Shown piece by piece: positions 10,276 to 21,420 of a stretch of 64,000 nucleotides of DNA (position 1 is its first letter; every line of letters starts with the position of its first letter). The position numbers were made by a program, and so were the translations under genes. Origin of the DNA: an uncultured Nitrososphaerales archaeon. Lineage in GTDB: Archaea; Thermoproteota; Nitrososphaeria; Nitrososphaerales; Nitrososphaeraceae. The notes beneath the pieces were generated by a model. That model was not told the DNA's origin. It ran no database searches and saw only the letters and a list, made by a program, of their open reading frames with translations. The stretch spans positions 96,001-160,000 of the forward strand of contig CAVPXM010000053.1 in NCBI GenBank assembly GCA_963709405.1, in the 5' to 3' direction.

Positions 10276-10819
10276 TTAAGATGACTTATTAGATAATGCT
10301 GACTTTAGCCAATGAATACCAGACGTTGTAATTGTATAAATGATGGTGTCGATTCCATCTTTTGCGCTATTGCGAAGTCACATATCCTGACTTTACCAAC
10401 TCAGATAGCCGTGAGCTTACAGATTTCGGGTTAAGTGCGGTGGCGAGTTGAATCTGAGATAAACTCATTCCATCGATTTCAGTTTTCCCTAGTTCTTTTA
10501 CAATTTTTGACGCCACCAATTGTAGTGCGACCATTTGTTTATCAGAAATCTTTTTTATCCCTATTTCTTTTGGATCAAAGATTATTCTTGGTCCCTCAGC
10601 TGTAACCTTGATAAAAGGGGCAAAGGACTCTACTAATTCTACAGCTGAATAGTTTAGAGAGATTCTTCTTGCAAGGTCTAATGTAGGAACCTGCTTTGAT
10701 ATAAATGCAATAACAGACTCCAAGATCGAACGTGCAGATCCATTAAACTGTACTTTTACGTCTCCAACTGCTATTGATACACTAACGTTTGTAGTGTCAA
10801 TGTCATGATCATTTGACAT
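10276..10819 (-). CDS. Conserved protein with C-terminal winged HTH (apparent +1 frameshift near 10378)
   Basis: The ORF ends SRLSELVKSGYV. The wing continuation LRNSAKDGIDTIIYTITTSGIHWLK is in another frame and stops at 10276. Confidence 0.7.
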
Positions 10820-11634
10820 CTCTATTACTCCAAAAAGTATTAGATGATAGAAAGAGGGGATTCAAATTCGCCAAATTTAGGTGTTCCAACTGACATATGC
10901 TATTTCTTAATGACACATGGCTAACTAAATGAAGTATAAATCCACGATTAAGTTTCATATGATGTACGAAACTAATTGCCGTAAGTGTATCGATATCAAC
11001 GCAAAACACATTATCCATATGGCTTTATGGTTTATATAATTAGATAACGTGTTTATAAAGATAATTTTGATTATTCAAGCATCAGTGAGGATCAAATCTG
11101 AGCTCGTTCGTAAGAAGTAATTTAGAAGAGGTAACGTAATAAAGTATTCTGGTATTCTGGTATTTAAGATCACTCCGGATATGTTGAATATCGGGCCAGA
11201 TTCTGGAAAAGAGCCAGTCCATCTCTCGAATTTGACGTTTAATGTTCATTAAAGGACATCCTCTAGACGATGCTGAACTCCGACTCGCTCGGATACTTCA
11301 CTCCGTTGGGTTACATTATCGTTAGATAAATTTTTGGAACAGAACATGCTTAGGTTAACGTCATTTCTCGCTATACGCCGCGGGATAATGGGTATTTCAG
11401 GTGCGAGTTTTTTTATTCAACACCATCCATTTTACCCACCCCCATAGTTTCATTTATCATTTGTTGATGACTGAGGGTCTTTATTATCTTCTATAAATTG
11501 CGTTCTTTTTGCAAGAATACTTAACAATTCTTAATCTTTTGAATCAACAATCATGATAAATTGATAAGAAATTATTACTATAAAAATAGTCAAGGTAATT
11601 ATTATATAGTATATTTGCATACTTTGAACTTAGG

Positions 11635-11865
11635 ATGAAGTCTAGCATTGAGGACTTGGAAATAGCGTCTGGTTTGAAGAAAATGTTAATAGATGCTGGA
11701 TTCACTGCTGACTCTATCCTTCATTACGACATAAACGAAATATCTACTATTTTGGGGATAGAGATTTATGTCGCCAAAATTATCTTTGATGCCGCAAAGA
11801 AATTTGATCAAGCAAGACCCAGAGGCAGCTTTGTTAAGGATTCCGTTGGCGCTGCATTGGAGTAG
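11635..11865 (+). CDS. Small helix-hairpin-helix-like protein
   Basis: IEDLEIASGLKKMLIDAGF..EISTILGIEIYVAKII resembles the RadA N-terminal HhH domain. Confidence 0.6.
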   Translation: MKSSIEDLEIASGLKKMLIDAGFTADSILHYDINEISTILGIEIYVAKIIFDAAKKFDQARPRGSFVKDSVGAALE

Positions 11866-12350
11866 TACAAAGATAAATATCGGGATCAGATTACGGTCAT
11901 TCCCATTGAGATGTTAATTCTTATAATTTCCCTTAGTCACTATTCGGAAGCAATAGTTTAGAAATGATCATTTCCAGTACAGTAATATCCCTTTCTTATT
12001 AGTTGCTTTTCACAAAATATTCAAACCAGTCTGGTTATTATCGTCTACAACGTCGCAAATATGCCACACAATACACATATCAATGCCTAATCTAGAAGCT
12101 AAATGTAGTCTCGAATCAATCTGTAAGGCATGGAGCAACTTTGTGTTTTTGACAGGTAAAAGGTTCAGTTTGAGGTCGGAGCATGTCTATAATGTTAAAT
12201 GCACATCATTCCATGATTGCGATTACTTGCTTTGGTCTTAAGATTTCCACACCCCGGTACGCATGTTATTATGTACAATTTAGAAGTAAATTAAAGGTCG
12301 ATCAAGAGGTATCAAAAGAGATAAGTATCAAAGAGTATTTTGTAGACTTA

Positions 12351-13034
12351 TTGGATAGCAAGGGGTATTACGCAATTTTCGGAGTATCTGAACATGCTAA
12401 TTATCAAGAGATAAAAAAAGCATACAGACACCTTGCTAGGAAATATCACCCAGATAGGAATACTTCTGGTATATCTGATGAAATGATCAAGATGATAAAC
12501 GCTGCGTTTGAGATTCTCTCAGATAAGGATAAACGGCACACATATGACAATGACGAGTATCACGATGTGGTTTCTGGATCGGCCAATCAAGGATCAGATC
12601 ATGATGTACACGACGAGAAAGTAAACAGTGCAGGTTATCACAATAGTAAAACCTACAATACCACTGGTTTTAATGCTCAGAATTTTGTAGGTAGTAGTGG
12701 CTTTGCGGATTACAACGATTCGAACGAAAGGAGTAACTATACGCAATTTGCAGAGTTCGGCCCGGACTCGACTACGATTTCAGGCCTGCTTGATATCCCG
12801 AAGGGTCGATTCCATCTAGTTGTTGAACCGTCTCTTTGTATGGCCTTTGGGAGTTGCGAAACTCTAGCACCTAAAGTATTTGTAGTAGAAAAAAACAAGA
12901 GGATAAATCCAAAGGCTATAGTTGCGTCAGAAGTTGATGGAACTTATGATGAAATACTTTCTGCCGCACAAACGTGCCCCACAAAGGCAATCAAAATTAT
13001 AGACAGATACACAGGGGAACAAATTTATCCATAG
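12351..13034 (+). CDS. DnaJ-ferredoxin (DnaJ-Fer) fusion protein
   Basis: J-domain YYAIFGV..IKKAYR..YHPD; C-terminal ferredoxin CMAFGSC..AAQTCPTKAI. TTG 12351 is preferred over the track start at 12183. Confidence 0.9.
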   Translation: MDSKGYYAIFGVSEHANYQEIKKAYRHLARKYHPDRNTSGISDEMIKMINAAFEILSDKDKRHTYDNDEYHDVVSGSANQGSDHDVHDEKVNSAGYHNSKTYNTTGFNAQNFVGSSGFADYNDSNERSNYTQFAEFGPDSTTISGLLDIPKGRFHLVVEPSLCMAFGSCETLAPKVFVVEKNKRINPKAIVASEVDGTYDEILSAAQTCPTKAIKIIDRYTGEQIYP

Positions 13035-13883
13035 TTGACGACAATCTACTCTCACGATTTACCTCATTAATACCTGGCAAAACATCTTGCTCATGATTAG
13101 TTGAAAATTCAACTTTTGAAAATACACGTTCCAGTTAAATCTTTTGAATAGACCAGAGGATTTTTGGTCTCGGTTCTCTACACTGAAACACCAATGAGAA
13201 AGAAACTGTAAAACATCATAAAAAAGGTTCTCTGATTGAAGATCGTAATATATTCCCAATTGTAAACAATGAGTACAATTAATATGCAAGAGTGGATACG
13301 TCGACAATAGGGAATTAATGAACTGCTGTGATGAAAATCTTGGTCAAAGGTAGTTGCAACAGCTTATTGCACGAATATGTGATTATCAAAACATGGAGTT
13401 GTTTACATTAGTAGAGGACCAACTCAAGATAATTGAATCTGTAATTAATCTCGTGTTTAAAACAAGTCCACAATAACACCTTCGGTCTATAAGTTCATTG
13501 GTTTGCAATCTTGAAAATCATTTGACTAGGAGTGATAGACGAAAATGAGTATTATAAACGAGACAGGATATAATATTAGAAGAGTAATTTAGTTGCCTGA
13601 AAACATATTTGCATAAAGAAAATAACAATACATATGAGCATAATACATTGATTCCACGCTTCATGGCAAGATGCACTAGTTGACTTGAATTCATCGAATC
13701 AGTAGAGCGTTGCCTAGTAATAATTTTTAAAGGAACAAGAATTTTTGATATAACTCGGGTATCGAAACTACAGCTAAATTGTACTATTCTCCATTTACTA
13801 GTATTGATTGGCCAACATTTTTCCTACAAAAGGGTTTGTAGAAACAAGGAATCATATTGTGATGTACAAATTACTAAGTGCGC

Positions 13884-15686
13884 TCAAGCCATCTTTTTTA
13901 ACGACTGAATTCTTTCTGAAACCAAATCGAACCCCTGTTGCCAGAATCCACCTGAAGTGATATCAATATCGGCTTCCTTTAACAAATCCTCGGGTTTCCG
14001 TGAACCTCCAGCAGATAGTATCGTAAAATATTTTTGGATAAAGTCTTTACCTTCTTTCATATACTGGCTGTAGAGAGACAACGCTAATAGATTACCAAAT
14101 GAATAGGCGTAGCAATAAAATGGAGTATGATAAAAATGTGGTATGAACAACCACTCCCATCTGAAATCTGCAGAAATATTTACTGAATGGCCGAACTGTT
14201 GCGCTAAATTGTTTAGATAGATTTCAGAAATACCGTCAGCAGGCATATTATCCTCTGCGATAGCTTTGTGTGCATCAATTTCAAAAATGGTGAAATAAGC
14301 CTGTCTCATTATTGTAGCATAGAAATCATCAATCTGCTGAGCAAGGAATGATTTACGTTCTTCCCCCTTCAGTCCAATGGATAGACCATCAATCAAGAGC
14401 ATCTCGGCGAACACTGATGCAGTTTCTGCTAATGGAAGAGGAGCATGAGCCACAAAATAAGGGTTAGATGAGGCGGAGATACTGTGAATAGCATGACCCA
14501 ATTCATGAGACATCGTAGATACATCCCTACGCTTACCATCGAAATTGAGTAACACATATGGAGTTATTTTCGGTGAGATCGTTGAACAAAAAGCTCCGCT
14601 CTGTTTATTTTTCCTAATCCCATAATCGATATGCTTTTCGGAAAAGAGTCTTTCCGCAGACTCCCTGAACTCTGGTGTAAATTCTTCGAATGTCTTTAGT
14701 ACGAGAGATTTAGCTCGACTAAACGTAATTCTTTTTTGATTGGATTCATTTAGCGATATTGGGGCATAAATATGGTATCTATGGAGCTTCCTTACACCGA
14801 GGATCCTAGCTTTTTCTTTGAAATAGATATGAAAGATCGAGGCATTACGTTTACACGCATCTAGTAAAGTCTGTACGGTCGAATCTTCTATATTATTGAA
14901 AGTATTTCGGACTGATATAGCTGATTTGAATCCTCTCATATTCACGTATTCATCGCGCCATTGGATCACTCTGTTAAGATAAATTTCTGACAATGTCCCA
15001 CTATTTTTTTTATACACCTGTAATAGTGACCTATATGCAGCTTCCCTTTCTTCAGGTTTCGAACTTCTTATCATTGAAAGTAATTTTTCTTTATTGAAAA
15101 ATATCTTTTTGGTAATTCTTTTGTTCTTTTTGATAGTAACTATAAATTCTAATCCGTTCGAAAATCTATCATAGATCTTTACTAGTGCATTGGTTCCAGT
15201 AACCTCCAAAGTATTAATAATTTTCTCTTCTGGTTCAGTCAATGTGTACTTTGAGAGCAACCTCTTATGCTTAAGGAATTCTTTGTACACATACGGTACT
15301 GAATCAATTAGTCTGAGGGCATCATCTTCTTTCAATAACTTTTTAAACCAAATGTCAAAAAATAGAAGCCTATTAGAAAGAGTGGATGAAAGAGCATCCA
15401 TTTTTGTCACAAGAGCAGCGGATTCATTTGAAGAAGTATCTGATGCATATAACAAGTGGTAATATCCCCCGGCAGTACTCACCCTTTCAGATATATTTTC
15501 AATTGAAAGTAGTAGATTTCTAAAGTCCGCTGCAGAGATAGTGTCGGCGAGGATTTGCTGTTTAGCTTCGACATCTTTTACACTCCTTTCAACGGATCGC
15601 AAAAATTTTTCGAATCCTTGCTTGTACGAGTTCTCAAGATCTCCGAGGTCCCAAGAAGCAACCTTAGGTTTAACTCTAGCAGGCAT
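13884..15686 (-). CDS. pepF: Oligoendopeptidase F (M3B)
   Basis: WDL N-terminus, KQSGAFC, HELGHAIH, AETASVFAE and PHFY..FYCYAYSFG. Confidence 0.93.
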   Translation of the reverse strand: MPARVKPKVASWDLGDLENSYKQGFEKFLRSVERSVKDVEAKQQILADTISAADFRNLLLSIENISERVSTAGGYYHLLYASDTSSNESAALVTKMDALSSTLSNRLLFFDIWFKKLLKEDDALRLIDSVPYVYKEFLKHKRLLSKYTLTEPEEKIINTLEVTGTNALVKIYDRFSNGLEFIVTIKKNKRITKKIFFNKEKLLSMIRSSKPEEREAAYRSLLQVYKKNSGTLSEIYLNRVIQWRDEYVNMRGFKSAISVRNTFNNIEDSTVQTLLDACKRNASIFHIYFKEKARILGVRKLHRYHIYAPISLNESNQKRITFSRAKSLVLKTFEEFTPEFRESAERLFSEKHIDYGIRKNKQSGAFCSTISPKITPYVLLNFDGKRRDVSTMSHELGHAIHSISASSNPYFVAHAPLPLAETASVFAEMLLIDGLSIGLKGEERKSFLAQQIDDFYATIMRQAYFTIFEIDAHKAIAEDNMPADGISEIYLNNLAQQFGHSVNISADFRWEWLFIPHFYHTPFYCYAYSFGNLLALSLYSQYMKEGKDFIQKYFTILSAGGSRKPEDLLKEADIDITSGGFWQQGFDLVSERIQSLKKMA

Positions 15687-15924
15687 ATATTAAAAGACTG
15701 GTATTTTGCAGCTATCTGGTCTCATATATACGATTCAGATATTTAGAGACTTTTGATGTATTGCAAAATTGTAGGTCAGCCACATTCATGATCGTCTAAG
15801 AGAAGCATTTGACCACTAACTATTAATTTAGACTTCAGTGTAGATGATGGAGCATTTTATTTATGGTTCTCATCATTCTACCCAAGAATTTTGCTTTGAT
15901 GATATTAAAAATAAGTGGCGTGCC

Positions 15925-16718
15925 TCATTGGATTCGTTCGGACCGATTGAATAAAGGAGGAAAGGCGCAAGTTCTAGGAGCATAAGCATTTGATAAGCAA
16001 TAGTACCATATTTCTCTGACAACTTTTGTAATTTTGGTATAGTCATCACTATCTTCAGAATTTTTTACAATTGCTTCTTGATCGGCTATTTGCTTCTTTA
16101 TATCTTGAAGTCTTGCCTTTTCTTTGTCACATTCTGATCTAATATTCTTGTATTCTAGTCTAATGGGCTCTATTCTTTTGGACATGTCAATTATCTGATC
16201 ATTTAAATTCTGAAACTGGTCGGCTGACACTCTTAATTTAAACTCCAATGCATTATTCTCGTGTTGTAGATGTTCATACTCACATTGAACTAATGGCAAA
16301 TGATTGTTGGCGATGATAAGAAGGTTAATGACTTGTTGTACACCCATATTCGCAGACTTCGATGCTCTGTATAGATTCTAGAAAGTGACCTATGTTGTCT
16401 CCAAGCTCTTGATGTATGATTAACCGCATTATGTTGTATCAATCTTAGGTATTCCGTATGGTATTGGATTACCTGCATCTGTGCAATGTTTAATGTGATG
16501 GCAACGTCTATTGGTTGTTTACCCTGCCGAAATAGCTCATAAGCTTGCACAGATAAGGATTTATGTTCTTGCCTCTCTTTTTCTCTAATTGCCCTGTTTA
16601 TAATATCTCCAATATCTCGAGGAGATTTTCTTGCTATTTTGGCTACTTCACGAATTGTCTTATTCTGGTTGAAGTACAAATCTAAGACAAGTTCTTCCTT
16701 TTCCTTTCGAGTTAACAC
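15925..16718 (-). pseudogene. Frameshifted HTH + coiled-coil protein
   Basis: MLTRKEKEELVLDLY..KTIREVAKIARKSPRDIGDII HTH, a second HTH-like segment (AYELFRQGKQPIDVAITL), at least two frameshifts near 16380-16420, then a coiled-coil ORF at 15925-16347. Confidence 0.75.
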
Positions 16719-16793
16719 TCCTTTTGGTTTTTGTGTCTATATCTTTCATATCTAGAGAATTTATAAGAATCTGGTTTAAAATAAAAAAGGCCA

Positions 16794-16866
16794 TTGTTAT
16801 CACTTTGTATCTTTTGTTACCATTGGATTATCACCAATTACCACCTTGTTACAGTCTATTTCCAGC
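16794..16866. repeat. Helically phased TTAYCA-like repeat array
   Basis: Units at 16797, 16807, 16817, 16828, 16838, 16849 and 16859 (ttatca, gtatct, ttacca, ttatca, ttacca, ttacag, tttcca). Confidence 0.7.
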
Positions 16867-17187
16867 AGCGTCATCTGACACCGTCTGTTATCAAGTCAAT
16901 TTAGGTGAACTCAAAATATAGATAGGTGAGTAGCCATAAGGATAGATGGAGAATAAGGGAAATTCATTAAGTAGGTTAACAAGATATACTATTCCGGTTA
17001 GTGCTCTCAATAACCAAAGCATTAGAAGAGTAATAATAAAGAGAATTTGTTGTGTGTTTATAGATAAATAACATAAGTAGACACACAGTATGTCTACTAC
17101 TATCTTCACCATCTTTACTTTTGTTCATTCTGACAGGAGGAAATTCATCTGACCCTCTTCGGATTTGTAGCAATACCCTATCTAGCA

Positions 17188-17403
17188 CTATAATTCATAT
17201 TTGTTGTTTGCCACAGATCGCGCATTAGCTACCGCAATTGTTACATCCGTTTCGATTTCAATTATGCGAGCTGGATTTCCACAAGCTGTATGTCCTGAAG
17301 GATATTTCACATTGGTTATCTTAGATTGCTTGTCCAGTGGATGAATTTGGCCAAATAGATCATCAAGATAATAATATGGTCTGACATACAAACACATTAT
17401 CAT
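17188..17403 (-). CDS. Hypothetical small protein
   Basis: 71-aa ORF with protein-like composition and no recognised motif. Confidence 0.3.
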   Translation of the reverse strand: MIMCLYVRPYYYLDDLFGQIHPLDKQSKITNVKYPSGHTACGNPARIIEIETDVTIAVANARSVANNKYEL

Positions 17404-17849
17404 TAGATAGAGAGTGCTATTTCATGAAAATGGAATTTTGCTCACTTACTGGTACCACTATGAGGCTGATGTTAATGGCCTTGCAGTAAAAGATGAAAAA
17501 AAATGCCCAGATTTGCCGTCATTCATAGTTGGGTCTAGATAAATTAACTTCAACCTTCACTGACAATTATATTTTGAGTAGTAAGTGCATTTTCTTTCTG
17601 ATAATCGTGCTTTCAGATGATCTAGATAATAAGGCCTCTGCCTTCAGTGGCTAACTCAGCTTTTGATCAAAAAGAACGTCATGAACATGACCATGTTCAC
17701 GATTCTGATCGGTGCAGTAATCATCTGCTCTCCCATCTATCAAGGATGTAGGTGATAATTTTCGCTATTCTTATGGTTATTTTTTTGAATGTCCCGGCAA
17801 ATACGGTATAGATTTCAAGGATCTGGATATATAGTGTAGATATTCTTAT

Positions 17850-19283
17850 TTACATGACATCAACATCATGAGGTTGACTTTCCAGAAAACCAGCAGAAGA
17901 TATCTTTACAAAATTGGCGTTATTCTGCATATCCAAAATCGTTCTAGCACCGCAATAACTTAACCCCGATCTTAAACCACCCACCAGTTGTCTAATTATA
18001 TCGACTACACTGCCCTTGTAAGGGACCATAGCCTCGACCCCTTCCGGAACATAATCGTTAAGATCGTCTGAATCAATTATTTCATGGCCTTCTTCCCTAA
18101 ATTTTCTTCCAAGCGAAGCATAGAAGGAAGCCATACCTCTATACATCTTGAATTTTTTACCGTTCTTGACCAAGGTCTTACCCGGGCTCTCGTCGGTACC
18201 ACCGAATAAGCTTCCAACCATAACCGATGATGAACCTGCAGCAATAGCTTTTGTTGCATCACCAGAGGTCCTGATTCCTCCATCCGAGATTAACGGAACA
18301 TCATGATCCTTTGCAATTTTTACACTATCCATAACTGCGGTTAACTGAGGAACACCAGATCCGGTTACAACTCTCGTGATACATATTGAACCCGATCCAA
18401 CTCCGATTTTTACGGCATCTACACCAACAGATATTAAATCTTTTGTGCCCTCTCCCGTAGCGACATTTCCAGCAATTAATTCGCAGTTTGGAAATGCCTT
18501 TTTTATAGTTCGAACAGTGTTAATTGCATTGTCACTATGACCATGTGCAATATCTACTACAATCGAGTCCGCGCCGCTTTCTAAGAGTGCTTCTGTACGT
18601 TCCAGATAATCACCCTTTACACCAACAGCGGCTCCAACTAGCAATCTTCCTTTTTTGTCCTTTGAAGCAAGAGGATATTCCTCCATTTTCAATATATCTT
18701 TGCTTGTAATTAATCCAATAATGTGCCTGTTGTCATTAATTACTGGCAGCTTCTCAATCCTATGCTGATGAAGCATCTCTTTTGCTCTTTCGATGGTAAT
18801 TCCCTCCTGGGCTGTTATGACATCCTTGCTCATAAGCTCTGACACTTTTGTGTCTAAACTGTCTAGGAACGTAATATCGCGTCTTGTTATGATCCCAGTC
18901 AACTTGTCGCGATCTTCGACCAACAACCCGGAAACCCCGAAATGAGTCATAGCCATTCTTGCTTCTTTTGCAGTCATATCTGGTTTTATGGTATAAGGTT
19001 GTTCGATAATGACTGACTCTGAACGCTTTACCCTAAGCACCTCATCAACTTGATCTTGGATGCTCATAAATCTATGAACAATTCCTATACCTCCCTCTCT
19101 TGCTAAAGCAATAGCCATACCTGATTCGGTGACAGTATCCATATTCGCGCTTACAAAAGGTATGTTTAGTGTTATATTCCGTGAAAGTTTAGTCTTCAGA
19201 TTAGTTTCAGATCTTGAGATTATATGCGATCGTTTAGGAATTAAAAGTACGTCGTCAAACGTTAAACCCTCTTTAAGAGTCAA
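17850..19283 (-). CDS. guaB: IMP dehydrogenase with CBS pair
   Basis: LTFDDVLL, SANMDTVTE, DIAHGHS, catalytic GVGSGSICITR and YRGMAS. Confidence 0.97.
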   Translation of the reverse strand: MTLKEGLTFDDVLLIPKRSHIISRSETNLKTKLSRNITLNIPFVSANMDTVTESGMAIALAREGGIGIVHRFMSIQDQVDEVLRVKRSESVIIEQPYTIKPDMTAKEARMAMTHFGVSGLLVEDRDKLTGIITRRDITFLDSLDTKVSELMSKDVITAQEGITIERAKEMLHQHRIEKLPVINDNRHIIGLITSKDILKMEEYPLASKDKKGRLLVGAAVGVKGDYLERTEALLESGADSIVVDIAHGHSDNAINTVRTIKKAFPNCELIAGNVATGEGTKDLISVGVDAVKIGVGSGSICITRVVTGSGVPQLTAVMDSVKIAKDHDVPLISDGGIRTSGDATKAIAAGSSSVMVGSLFGGTDESPGKTLVKNGKKFKMYRGMASFYASLGRKFREEGHEIIDSDDLNDYVPEGVEAMVPYKGSVVDIIRQLVGGLRSGLSYCGARTILDMQNNANFVKISSAGFLESQPHDVDVM

Positions 19284-19570
19284 AATCCCCTTGCTAACTA
19301 GTCACTTTGTGGCGTTATAAGCGTTTTCCCCTTAAATGATCTAATCTTTAGAAGATTGCACGCTCTAGGATCAATATCAATAGACCTACGACTGATATTG
19401 TTCCTCATCCACTATATTATCATAAGGTTAACATCTTTTGATAGTTCTATATCCTTTTTCCTAGGAATTTTTTTCAGATACTACTCATTTTGAATTTTAC
19501 CGAAATCACCAACAAATTAAAATAATATCTTCAATCACACATAAAACTAGATAGGATTAGTCGGCTCTGA

Positions 19571-20245
19571 ATGAAAGTAGGAAAAAATAGTATTGCAATA
19601 TTTGACACCTTTAAGACAAAAAGAAACAAGTTTACAGGAGAAGCCAGAAGACAACGTGGGATAATTGCTCATCTTGCCATGGAACAAAGCCCAGAGTTGC
19701 GTACAAGAACTTCAATAGCACATTTTATAGCGAAGAAACATGGAATATTGTGGCAAAATATTTATTCTGGAATATTTAGAGATTTGGACGAGGTACTTAT
19801 ACCCTCAGGAGTAGTAAAAGAAGGAGGAAGACTACCTTTGCGACGTGGTCCAAGAGCACTTCAGCTGGAGGGAGTGCCGTTTTACGAGCTCACCGAATCT
19901 GGATTGATTGTTGCATCATCAATTGAGGAGATAGATGACAGAATGAGGCTACTGAAAAGCTATATTTCATCTAGGCATTCCAATAATAAAGACGAGAGCA
20001 TGATGTTCGAAGGTTTACTCCTACTAATAGATATCGCTCCCTTATTTATATCAAAAATCATTAATGAATATATTTATGCCTATACAACAGGCTTGATTCA
20101 AAACATAACACCAATTGATATGAAAAAATTTCAAAATGTTGTATCTAATAAAATTTCTGTAGAAAGAGAATTGCTTGAGGCAATCGTTAATTCTCGCCCA
20201 GAACAGAGGGATGTTATCATGAATTTCTTTAAAGTCATCAAGTGA
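19571..20245 (+). CDS. Conserved hypothetical protein (winged-helix-like N-terminus)
   Basis: 224-aa ORF; TRTSIAH..IYSGIFRDL..YELTESG. Confidence 0.75.
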   Translation: MKVGKNSIAIFDTFKTKRNKFTGEARRQRGIIAHLAMEQSPELRTRTSIAHFIAKKHGILWQNIYSGIFRDLDEVLIPSGVVKEGGRLPLRRGPRALQLEGVPFYELTESGLIVASSIEEIDDRMRLLKSYISSRHSNNKDESMMFEGLLLLIDIAPLFISKIINEYIYAYTTGLIQNITPIDMKKFQNVVSNKISVERELLEAIVNSRPEQRDVIMNFFKVIK

Positions 20246-20682
20246 GATATCGCCTCGATTCATATTTAAAAGTAGGACATCGATATCTCTTGAAGACCAT
20301 TCTTAATTCTCCCAACGCCTTATCTTCTTTCCGTTGCATGAATGACTTGTGAACCGCTAAGACAATTCCATGGGAGACATCTTCTGCTTTCGAGAGTTAC
20401 ACCTAAGTCGTCCATACGAACTAGCATTACATCTAGTAGCTGAGAGATAGCTATTACACTTATCTTTCATTTTATTTGTCTAAAATGCAATCGGGCCTAC
20501 AGGATATTGATATCATAAGAATTGATCGATTCGGTAAAAATTACTAGGCTCGACAAAATTTGTACTTTAGGAATATCAGTTGGACCTATAACCCATTTCG
20601 ATAATCTTTATTTGAATACACGATTCATTGCTCGATCTGAATTGACATATATGGAAAATAATGTGATTGCGACGACATTGGT

Positions 20683-20916
20683 CTATCGAGATCTTATCGC
20701 ATAATTTACTTCAAACATTGTAATTATATCCTTCAAGGCTTCATTGGAGGAAAAACTACAAATTGTGACCCAATTTCTCCGTATTTTTGCGCTTATTTGA
20801 CAGACTCCGCCAGAGGTATCAGGAATTATTTCTACCGTGACATCGTATGTATGTCTTAATTCAGCCTCTAGTTTATTTACAATCAGTCGTGTACCTGATA
20901 TTAGTATTTTATGCAT
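20683..20916 (-). CDS. Small hypothetical protein
   Basis: 77-aa ATG ORF with alpha/beta-like pattern and an upstream GGAG-like tract. Confidence 0.6.
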   Translation of the reverse strand: MHKILISGTRLIVNKLEAELRHTYDVTVEIIPDTSGGVCQISAKIRRNWVTICSFSSNEALKDIITMFEVNYAIRSR

Positions 20917-21420
20917 ATGCGCCTTACACTGGAGCTCTATCTAAAAAGGGATAAAAACTATGTCTAGACATCTTAAACGCATAGCCATTGTTTGTATCCG
21001 AACAGCTTCAATAGACAGAGTCTTAAATAAATCTCGCGTTTCAGTTCTTCCCTGTATTCATTGTTTCATTTGAATAGCATTCCATTAGACTAGCCGACTC
21101 GTTTTTATCGAGCCCACAATATCTGCAGATAAAAAATTGAGTGTGAACAAACGAGTTTAAATCCCACGCACCAAAGAGCATACCCGGGGTTCATGGGTAC
21201 ACTTCATTAAGGAGTATATTATTATCTAAGATGTTACATCAGAGAGAGTAATCACTAATTAGTAAAAAGCATCTCCAGTAGTTGTTGTTATGTTATTGTT
21301 TACGATTTTTACAATCCTATGGAACACAAACGTCATACAAGAATTTTTTTTACCATTAGGCGCTCGAGATTGTTTTGGAACATATATTAGATACAATGAT
21401 TTGTCATTACTAATCCTTCA

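Noticed and set aside
11200-11460. Relatively GC-richer intergenic tract as SRP RNA, RNase P RNA or C/D sRNA
   Set aside because: The conserved SRP helix-8 and RNase P CR motifs and properly spaced C/D boxes were not found.
17419-17435. 17-nt match to the reverse complement of 50226-50242 (ATTTCATGAAAATGGAA)
   Set aside because: About one such AT-rich 17-mer match is expected by chance in a window of this size, and the similarity does not extend.
17647-17751. Short His-rich ORFs on both strands and a small hairpin
   Set aside because: Under 35 aa, no promoter or SD support, and ambiguous strand.
21153-21173. GTTTAAATCCC..ACCA resembling a tRNA 3' end or att site
   Set aside because: No T-stem or acceptor pairing and no match to either tRNA in the window.
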